Shown here: piece by piece, positions 30,758-39,153 of the stretch | Layout: every line of letters starts with the position of its first letter | Numbering within the stretch: the first letter of the stretch is position 1 | NCBI GenBank assembly: GCA_963845755.1 | Contig: CAWJTV010000005.1 | Span: 224,001-288,000, forward strand | Direction of reading: 5' to 3' | Length of the DNA stretch: 64,000 nucleotides | Source: an uncultured Planctomycetota bacterium | Lineage (GTDB): Bacteria; Planctomycetota; Planctomycetia; Isosphaerales; Isosphaeraceae | Made by a program: the position numbers and the translations under genes | The notes under the pieces: model-generated | Seen by the model: only the letters and a program-made list of their open reading frames with translations | The model's database searches: none | Told to the model about the DNA's origin: nothing

Positions 30758-33721
30758 GTGACCTCGAGCACTCCATCGAGCCGGCGTTGGCCGATGTTGA
30801 TCTGCCTGGGCATTACGGTCGGCCTGCTGGGCTGGGGCGGATGGTTCGTCTTCCGGGAACAACGATTCGCCTCCCGGCTGACGCAGGTCCGGCGGCTGAT
30901 GGACGCCGACCGTTTCCAAGAGGCGCGGCCCTTGCTCATCAGCCTGTTGTCTCGAGGGGCTAACGGCGCCGAAGTTGCCTATCGTCTAGGAGTTTGTGCT
31001 CACGCTGGCGGGGACATCCCGGCGGCGTTGGCGGCCTGGTCGCGCGTCGCCCCTCGGACCGAGTGGAGCGTACGTGCCGGGCTGGCTCGTGCCCGGACGC
31101 TCGTCGGCGATCTGGGTCGCTTCCGCGAGGCCGAAGAGGTCCTCGAAGGCTTGCGTCTCCAGGGTGGCCGTTCGCGCGATGAAGTCCGCCACACGCTGGC
31201 CGAGCTGCTCTTCTGGGAAGGGCGTCGCGATGAGGTCTGCCGTCTCATCGAGCAGGACTGGCCGGACGTGACGGATCCGATCATCGAGCTGCGCGATCAT
31301 TGGCGTGCTACGAGTTCGCCGACCTTGATCGAACAGGTTCGATGGGAGGTCGACCAGGCCGGTCAGCGGGCGCCGGACGACGATCGCGTCTGGTTGGCGA
31401 AAGCCAGCCTCGCCATGCAAACCGGCCGGATGGATGAAGCGGCCTCCTGGCTGGACCGTTGTTTGCAACGGTTCCCGGAGGATTCCGCTGTCTGGCGCGC
31501 ACGACTCGCGCACGCGCGGAGCGTCGGCAACGTGGCCGAAGCGCGACGCGCGCTGGCTCATCTTGCGGCCGACGGATTCACCGAGGCGGAACAACTCTCG
31601 CTCCGCGCGTGGCTCGCATCGCGGCGGGGAGACTCCGCGTCGGAATACCGCACTCTGGAACACCTCATCGCGATTGTGCCCGGTGAGACAGAAGCTCTCG
31701 AACGGCTGGCGTCGCTGGACTGGGAATCCGGTCAGCAGGATCGCGCCCGGGAGTACCGCCGCCGCAAGGCTCAACACGATGCCGCCAAGGATCGTTATCG
31801 GCTCTTGCTGGATGGCACGATCACCCCGGAACTGTTCGTCAACCTTGGAAGTCTGGCCGAATCCTTGGGCCGCCGGTTCGAAGCCAAGGGGTGGTGGATG
31901 CTCCGGGCTCGTTTCGCGCCGTCGGATCGTTCCGCCGAGGAGGCCCGGACCCGGGTCAAGGAGCCAGCCATCCCGCGGACCTCGTCGCGCGATCTCACCC
32001 TAGCCGACCGGCTTGCGGATACGGATCCTGAGCTCCGGGCCGCTGCGAAGGGGAACGGGTTGTCCCGACCCGTGGCGGTGGAGCGGATCCCTCGCTTCAC
32101 CGACCGCGCCGAGGCCAGCGGTCTCCATTTCGTGTTCGAGAATGGCCGTTCTCCGCTTCGTCAGATCCCCGAGACCACATCCGGCGGGGTCGGGCTGCTC
32201 GATTACGATGGAGACGGTTGGCTCGACGTCTATGTCGTTCAGGGCGGAGTCTTTCCTCCCGATCCCGCCCTGCCCTCCGGCGGCGATCGACTCTACCGCA
32301 ACCGAGGGGATGGGACCTTCGAGGACGTCTCCGGCCCCTCGGGTATCGCCAGGCTGTCGCGGGGCTACGGCCACGGCGTCGCCGTCGGCGACATCGACAA
32401 CGATGGTGATCCGGACCTGTTCCTCACCCGATGGCACCGGTATGCGCTCTACCGCAATCGCGGTGATGGGACCTTCGAGGACATCACGGAGCCCACGGGC
32501 TTCGGCGGCGACCGCGACTGGCCCACTTCGGCCGCCTTCGCCGACCTGGACAACGACGGGGACCTCGACCTGTATGTATGCCACTACCTGGTCTGGGACG
32601 CCCAGCATCCGATGCTCTGCAAGCGGGTCACCGTGGCCGCGCCGAGCGAGCGCGTCGAGCCCGGCCAGGAATACAACTATTGTACACCCCGCCCGATTCC
32701 CGCCCTGGCCGATCACCTCTTCCGCAACGACGGAGGCCGATTCGTGGATGTGACCGCGAAGGCGGGGATCATCGATCAGAATGGACGCGGGCTGGGAATC
32801 GTCGCGGCGGACGTCGATGAAGATGGGCAAACCGACCTCTTCGTCGCCAACGACACGACGGCCAACTATCTCTGGCACAACCAGGGCGGCCTGCGGTTCG
32901 AGGAGGTCGCGCTCACCGCCGGCGTCGCTTGCAACGCGAGCGGCGCGTTCCAGGCGGGCATGGGGACCGCTCTGGGTGATCTCGATGGTGACGGGCACCC
33001 CGACCTGTTCGTCACGAATTTCTATGGCGAGTCGACGACGTACTTCCGGAACCTGGGCACCGGGATGTTCAGCGACCAGACGGGTTCGATCGGCCTGGCC
33101 GGCCCGACCCGCTTCCTCCTGGGATTCGGGATCGCGACGCTGGATGCCAACAACGATGGGCGGCTCGATCTGGCCACGGCCAACGGCCACGTCAATGATG
33201 ATCGCCCCGACTACCCCTATGCGATGCCTACCCTGCTCATGATCGGCGGCACGGACGGACGCCTGACCGACGCGACCCAGACCGCCGGCGATCCCTGGGG
33301 CGTCCCGCGCGTCGGCCGTGGGCTCGCCGTCGGCGATCTCGATAACGACGGCCGAGTCGATGCCCTGATCCTTTCCCAGCAAAATCCGCTCGCCTACCTC
33401 CACAATGAGACGACGGGCGGCCACGCGTTGACGATCCTCCTGGAGGGAGTCCGATCCAATCGCGACGCTATCGGCGCGGTCGTCACCGTCACGGCCGGGG
33501 GTCGCCGCCGTCATGCCTGGCGTTACGGAGGAGGCAGCTACCAGTCTGCTTCCGACCCTCGCGTGCATTTCGGCCTGGAGTTGGACCGGATCGAGGACAT
33601 CGAGGTGCGCTGGCCTTCGGGCCACGTCGAACGCTTCGGCCCGGCGGAGGTCGACCACGGTTACCGGCTTCGAGAAGGCGACCCAGCCCCAACGCCACTG
33701 GCCGGCTTCCGCCGTCGCTGA
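30758..33721 (+). CDS. TPR + FG-GAP repeat + ASPIC/UnbV protein (CRTAC1-like); start uncertain
   Basis: N-terminal TM helix, TPR-like region, several DxDxDG.DL repeats, and C-terminal SNRDAIGA..GGGSYQS..HFGL..EVRWPSG. Confidence 0.92.
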   Translation: MTSSTPSSRRWPMLICLGITVGLLGWGGWFVFREQRFASRLTQVRRLMDADRFQEARPLLISLLSRGANGAEVAYRLGVCAHAGGDIPAALAAWSRVAPRTEWSVRAGLARARTLVGDLGRFREAEEVLEGLRLQGGRSRDEVRHTLAELLFWEGRRDEVCRLIEQDWPDVTDPIIELRDHWRATSSPTLIEQVRWEVDQAGQRAPDDDRVWLAKASLAMQTGRMDEAASWLDRCLQRFPEDSAVWRARLAHARSVGNVAEARRALAHLAADGFTEAEQLSLRAWLASRRGDSASEYRTLEHLIAIVPGETEALERLASLDWESGQQDRAREYRRRKAQHDAAKDRYRLLLDGTITPELFVNLGSLAESLGRRFEAKGWWMLRARFAPSDRSAEEARTRVKEPAIPRTSSRDLTLADRLADTDPELRAAAKGNGLSRPVAVERIPRFTDRAEASGLHFVFENGRSPLRQIPETTSGGVGLLDYDGDGWLDVYVVQGGVFPPDPALPSGGDRLYRNRGDGTFEDVSGPSGIARLSRGYGHGVAVGDIDNDGDPDLFLTRWHRYALYRNRGDGTFEDITEPTGFGGDRDWPTSAAFADLDNDGDLDLYVCHYLVWDAQHPMLCKRVTVAAPSERVEPGQEYNYCTPRPIPALADHLFRNDGGRFVDVTAKAGIIDQNGRGLGIVAADVDEDGQTDLFVANDTTANYLWHNQGGLRFEEVALTAGVACNASGAFQAGMGTALGDLDGDGHPDLFVTNFYGESTTYFRNLGTGMFSDQTGSIGLAGPTRFLLGFGIATLDANNDGRLDLATANGHVNDDRPDYPYAMPTLLMIGGTDGRLTDATQTAGDPWGVPRVGRGLAVGDLDNDGRVDALILSQQNPLAYLHNETTGGHALTILLEGVRSNRDAIGAVVTVTAGGRRRHAWRYGGGSYQSASDPRVHFGLELDRIEDIEVRWPSGHVERFGPAEVDHGYRLREGDPAPTPLAGFRRR

Positions 33722-33752
33722 CGCTCGGGAGATCCGAGAAGGAGGATTTGCC

Positions 33753-34588
33753 GTGAGTTCCCTCGAACCCAAATCGGCCCCGGAGAATCCCGCCATTGGA
33801 CAGCCTCCGCTCGCAGGGCCGGAGCCGATGGCCGTCGCGCCTCGCACGCGTTCGGCCGCCTCCGAGTCCACGGGGTTCTGGCAGGCGTGGTCGCCGGCCT
33901 GGCCTCCTTCGGACTCGGCGAAGCGACTTACAAGTTCATCCCTCCCGAACGGGTCATGCTCAACACCATGGGCACGATCGCGCCGGCCGTCACGGGGGCG
34001 ACCCAGCTCGTAGCAAACGCGCGGAACGCGGCCCTGGCCTTCGGGCTCCTCGGCGCATGCCTGGCCGGCTGCCTGGGGATTGCTGGCGGCCTGGCACGGC
34101 GGTCCCGATTTGGGATCCTTGCGGCCGGATTGCTGGGCGCAACGATCGGCGCTGCGTTGCCCGCCTCCGTTTCCCTGATTTCGATCAAGTACCTCCCCTA
34201 CGCACAATTCCATTATCCGGATTATGAACTTATAATTTCTATGCTGATGCATGGATCGATCTGGGGCCTGGCGGGAGCGGCGGCCGGGATGGCCTTCGCG
34301 GTGGGACTGGGCCAGCCTCGTCTCCTCATTCGGAGCACCCTCGCCGGCCTCGCCGGAGCGATTTTCGGGGCGATCGTTTTCGACCTGATCGGCGGGATTC
34401 TCTTCCCGCTCGCCGAAACCGGAGAGGCGATCTCGACGAACTGGCCATCCCGGCTGACGGCCCGGGTCCTGGTCTGCATCGCGACCGCCGCCCTCGTCGT
34501 CCTCAGCCTTCCCACGCCGCGCCCCTCTGGAGCCCAGGGACAATCCTCTCCGACCAGCGCGGGCGAAACCAATCCGACGACCTCGTGA
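33753..34588 (+). CDS. Gly/Ala-rich multi-pass membrane protein; probable frameshift at ~33845-33875
   Basis: GGAGGA RBS before GTG 33753. ORF 33887..34588 has about 6-7 hydrophobic helices. Confidence 0.75.
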
Positions 34589-34597
34589 TTGGGCTCC

Positions 34598-35991
34598 CAG
34601 GGCTTACGCACCAGCCTGGGATATCTGAGTGTTCTGGGAAAGAGCATCTCGCCTCGATCCTACAGTCCGGCTGGTCGGGAAACGGACGTCTTTTGTACCA
34701 TCGATCGCCAGGATAACTCGATCTTTTCAGGGACGTCCACACCATGACCGTCAGCTCGGATTCGGCCTCCGCTACTCCCGCCCAAGACCCGATCTCACTC
34801 CTCGATCATTTCGCCGACTTGCCCGATCCCCGCCGCGAACAGGGGCGAATCCACCGACTCGATGAGATCATTTTCATCGCCACCTGCGCCGTGTTCTGCG
34901 GCGCCGACAACTGGGTGCAGATCGCCGATTATGCCCACTCCAAGAGCGACTGGCTCGAGACCTTCCTCGAATTGCCCGGCGGCATCCCCTCGCACGACAC
35001 CTTTCGACGGGTCTTCTGCCTGCTCGACCCGCTGGCCTTTCAGAAGGGCTTCTCCTCCTGGATGACGGCGCTGATGGAGCGAACGGGATTGACCCCCGTC
35101 GCCACCGATTCGCCCGAGCTGACGCCGATCGCCATCGACGGTAAGGCCCAACGCGGCGCGGCGCGGCGCACCGTCGGCCGCTCGGCCCTGCATGTCGTCA
35201 GCGCCTGGGCGGTCGTGAACCATTTGACCTTGGGGCAAGTGGCCACCGACGCCAAATCCAACGAAATTACGGCCATTCCCGACTTGCTCGCGATGCTGGA
35301 CCTCAACGGGGCCGTGGTGACCATCGACGCCATGGGTTGTCAGAAAGACATCGCCGCCAAGATCATCGACGGGGGTGGCCATTACGAGCTCGCGGTCAAG
35401 GAGAACCAGCCGCACCTCTACGAGGACATCGCGCGGGCGTTCGACGAGGCATTGGATCAGGGCGAGCCCGGGGTGGACTTCACTGAATGTCAGACGGAAG
35501 AGATCCGCAGCGGTCGCCAGGAGACCCGGAGTTGCTGTGTGATCACCGAGCCGAAGGGGATCCGCAACCTGGGCCTTTGGGCCGGGCTGACGGCGATCGT
35601 GATGGTGATCAGCCATCGGGTGATCCATGGTGAGGCCAGCAGTGAGACCCGCTACTTCATCAGCAGCGCGTCCCAGCCGGCGACAGAGCACCTGCGTTGG
35701 GTGCGGGGTCATTGGGGGATCGAGAACTCGCTGCACTGGGTTCTGGACGTCTGTTTCTCTGAGGATGATCAACGGCACTGGGCCGGGAACAGCGCGGAGA
35801 ACTTGGGATGGCTCCGCAAGATGGCTTTGTGCTTGCTCAAGGCGGAGAAGAACAGCAAGGGCAAGAGTATCGCGACGCGCCGCCTGGTTGCGGGCTGGAA
35901 GAATGACTATCTCTTGGATGTACTGGCCCAAATCCCCGAGAAATCAACTGTACTGGCCGAAAACCCCGAGAAATCTGGTGCGTAAGCCCTG
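34598..35991 (+). mobile_element. Complete ISAs1-family insertion sequence (1394 bp)
   Basis: Perfect 17-bp terminal IRs CAGGGCTTACGCACCAG (34598-614) / CTGGTGCGTAAGCCCTG (35975-991). 10-bp direct repeat ATTGGGCTCC at 34588-97 and 35992-36001. Confidence 0.96.
34744..35985 (+). CDS. ISAs1 family DDE transposase
   Basis: DPR, GIPSHDTF.RVF, IAIDGK, KSNEITAIP, TIDAMGCQ, VKENQ and HWGIENSLHWVLDV.F.ED. Confidence 0.97.
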   Translation: MTVSSDSASATPAQDPISLLDHFADLPDPRREQGRIHRLDEIIFIATCAVFCGADNWVQIADYAHSKSDWLETFLELPGGIPSHDTFRRVFCLLDPLAFQKGFSSWMTALMERTGLTPVATDSPELTPIAIDGKAQRGAARRTVGRSALHVVSAWAVVNHLTLGQVATDAKSNEITAIPDLLAMLDLNGAVVTIDAMGCQKDIAAKIIDGGGHYELAVKENQPHLYEDIARAFDEALDQGEPGVDFTECQTEEIRSGRQETRSCCVITEPKGIRNLGLWAGLTAIVMVISHRVIHGEASSETRYFISSASQPATEHLRWVRGHWGIENSLHWVLDVCFSEDDQRHWAGNSAENLGWLRKMALCLLKAEKNSKGKSIATRRLVAGWKNDYLLDVLAQIPEKSTVLAENPEKSGA

Positions 35992-36149
35992 ATTGGGCTC
36001 CCCGTCGCAGTACGGTAAGCCGGAGTCCAAGGCCCTTTCGTTGGCAGGTCGCGCCGGTTACGATGAAAACGCCTGATAGACGGCCATGATCCATCTGAGG
36101 AGTGGTCAGAGGCTTGTTCTTCAGTCAGGAGAGATTCGGTCCGATCCGG

Positions 36150-36172
36150 GGCGAGGTCGGGAGACCCGCGCC
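36150..36172. repeat. REP-like hairpin family C (core AGGTCGGGAGACC)
   Basis: GGTC-GGGA-GACC hairpin; the same core occurs at ~62832-62844. Confidence 0.5.
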
Positions 36173-36207
36173 CCACGTCGCGTTTTCACCAGGGAGTTGC
36201 TCTTGCC

Positions 36208-38623
36208 ATGTCACGGTCACGATGTTTCCCGTTCCGGCTAGCGTTCGTGATGGTCGCGACCTTCGGCATTGCGTCGGTCGTTTCTTCGTCGTTGGCCCAG
36301 ACGGGGGCCACTCGCATCGAGGATGGCCGGGTGATTCGTGCCGTCAAGTTCAAGGAGCCACTGGCCTCGCGGGTCTATCAGCGCGACGTCAACGGGCGGG
36401 CCGAGATCCCGATCGTCCTGGAAGAAACGTCGAAGGACGTCAAGCTCATCGACGCGCGGCTCAATGGTCCGAACCCCGGCTTGATGGGAGTCAAGTTCGT
36501 GGACGAGAAGCTGGTCGGCGTTCCGGTCGGTGGCCCGTACATGATCAGTTGCCGGATCGAGGTTGACAAGCACATCATCATCAACGCGATCGCCGGCCCG
36601 GTCTTCGTCGGCGATCTCTGGGTGCTGGCCGGTCAGTCCAACATGGAGGGGGTTGGCGACCTTGTGGACGTGACTCCGCCGCATCCCCAGATCCTGCTGC
36701 TCGGCATGGACGGCAAGTGGGGGCAGGCCGAGGAACCACTCCATTGGCTGGTGGATTCGCCCGACCCGGTCCATTCGGGCGACCCCAAGACGCGCGTGGA
36801 GCGTTCGGCTCTGACCCACAGGAACCGGAACAAAGGTGCAGGCCTGGGACTGCCGTTCGCCGCGGCGATGGTTGAGGCGACGAAAGTGCCTATCGGCCTG
36901 CTCGCCACCGCCCACGGCGGCACGAGCATGGAGCAGTGGAATCCCGACAAGAAGAAAGAGGGCGGAAACAGCCTCTATGGCTCGATGCTCCGACAATTCC
37001 AGCTCGCCGGGGGCAAGGTGAAAGGCGTGCTCTGGTATCAGGGCGAGAGCGATGCCATGGGTGGAGACGCCTGGAAATCGTACTCGCAGGTATTTTCCCG
37101 CTTCATCACGTCGGTCCGCTCCGACTTCGGCCAGCCCGAGCTGCCATTCTACTTCGTCCAGATCGGCCGGTTCATCTCCTCCAGCGATCCCAAAGGATGG
37201 AACGCGGTCCAGGAAGCGCAGCGATTGATTCCCGAACGAGTCCCTAACACGGCCGTAATCTCAGTCATCGACCTGGAGCTGGACGACCTCATTCATGTCG
37301 GCACGCAGGGACTGAAGCGGGCCGGCCATCGTCTGGCCCGGATCGCCCAGCGCGAGCTCTTCGGCGACGTCGGGGCGACCACGCCGACGCTCGACCGCGT
37401 CAGCAAAGGGCCGCACAACACGCTCGTCGTCCGATTCAAGGGTGTCAACATGGGGACGCCAGGCCCCAATTCGTCTCGGCCCATGATGAGCATGTCCGGA
37501 GGCATGAGTGGTGGCGGGATGCGAGGGACTTTGAACCCCGGTGCCTCCTTCAGCCTAGGAGAGCCGACCGGCATCGGCCTGAAGCCGGACCGCCACATCG
37601 CCGGGTTCTCGATCCGCAAGGAAGACGGCACCGCGATACCGCTGATCTTCGAGACCTGCGTCGGCAGGGCTCGTGACACGGTCATCCTCAAACTCGCCGG
37701 CGCAGTTCCCGCAAAATCGGTTCTCTGGTATGGCTACGGCATGGACCCCTACTGCAACCTGGTCGATGGCATGGACATGGCCGTACCGGTCTTCGGGCCC
37801 GTCGCGCTCGACGACATTGCCGGCAACGAACCCGCGACGCCGGTAACTACCGCACCCGGAAAGCCTCGGAACGGGCCGCAAGGTAATCCGCAAGCGAGTG
37901 GACCGGCGAGCCAGCCTGGTCCGATCCAGGCCCTCATCATCACCGGCGACAACGTCGGGGCACACAAGTGGAAGGAAACCAGCCAGGCGCTGAAAGACCT
38001 GCTCGAGAAAGATGGCCGAATCAAAGTTGACATCACCAGCGCCACCTTCCAAGGACCTGAACTCCGAGAAGCTTACTCGATACAATGTACTCATCCTGAA
38101 CTATCGGGATACGCCCGGTGGCCCTCCTGAGAGCCGGTGGTCGGATGCCAACAAGGAGGCGTTCCTCAAGGCTGTGCAGGACGGCAAGGGTCTGGTCTCC
38201 TACCATTTCGGTTCGGCCGCATTCGTCAAGCCGAACTGGGAAGAGTTTGAGAAAGCCGTTGCCGGCGGCTGGAGGACCCAGGGCTTCCACGGGCCCGCAC
38301 ACGCCTTCACGGTGAAGAAGAAGGCCGACGCCAAGCACCCGATCTCCGAGGGGCTGCCGGCGCAGTTCGACCACGTCACCGATGAGCTCTATCAGAACTC
38401 GATGCTAACTCCCGGCAGCGAAGTCCTGGCGACGGCCTATTCCGATCCCAAGAAGCCCCGGGGCACGGGCAAGGATGAGCCGGTCATCTGGGTGAATCAC
38501 TATGGGAAAGGGCGGGTCTACGAGAACGTGCTAGGACACGATACCAGCGCGATGGCCGACCCCAACTACCAGGAGTGGATGCGCCGAGGCGTGATCTGGG
38601 CGGCGACCGGGAACGCAAACTGA
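36208..38623 (+). CDS. Secreted SASA/DUF303 carbohydrate acetylesterase fused to a ThuA-like domain; frameshift at ~38045
   Basis: AGQSNM (catalytic Ser), GGTS, WYQGESD and DDLIH (DxxH). ThuA-like ITG..HKW begins before the shift and continues as DELY..YGKGRV...LGH in ORF 38012..38623. Confidence 0.85.
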
Positions 38624-38641
38624 GCGGAGAGACGCACTGCG

Positions 38642-38995
38642 GTGACACCTCCCGGACAGCGCGATTACAGCAGTGTCCGGCTCTCTCGGCACGCCGTTGA
38701 GCGCTTCGTCGAACGGTTCGAGGTCCAGCCCGAACTGGCGTCTGAAGAGCTCCGCCAGGTGCTAACCCGGACGCGACGCCTGGGCCGCAACTCCGAGACC
38801 GGCGCCATCGCCGTACTGGCGATACACCGAGGGCGGACGCTTGTGGCCATCCTCCAGGGGGACACCTGCCTGACCGTACTGACCTGGAACCAGTTCGTCC
38901 CCCGCCTCGCGGAGTTCGGCCGCAAGAAACTCCCGCGCAAGTGGGGACGCACCCTCCGCCGGCTCACGGACAATTTGAACCACCAGGAGGAGTAG
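38642..38995 (+). CDS. Hypothetical protein
   Basis: 117-aa ORF LSRHAVERFVERF..CLTVLTW, directly downstream and on the same strand, with a GGAG RBS. Confidence 0.75.
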   Translation: MTPPGQRDYSSVRLSRHAVERFVERFEVQPELASEELRQVLTRTRRLGRNSETGAIAVLAIHRGRTLVAILQGDTCLTVLTWNQFVPRLAEFGRKKLPRKWGRTLRRLTDNLNHQEE

Positions 38996-39153
38996 TTCTA
39001 CGGAATAGGGGGTCGGCAGTCTCACCGGTTCTTCCAACAGTTCCGAGGTGCTCGGCTCTCCGGTAATTCGGGCTCAAATCGTGCACGCACCACGCCGACG
39101 CCGCGGGGGGCGCAACGGATTCGTGAAGCGTCCTCTCTTCGGCGTACCGCCGA

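Noticed and set aside
32000..34543. 847-aa minus-strand ORF, and similar long ORFs such as 39370..41436, 11347..12501 and 17727..18860
   Set aside because: Antisense shadows of well-supported genes in GC-rich DNA; no recognisable motifs.
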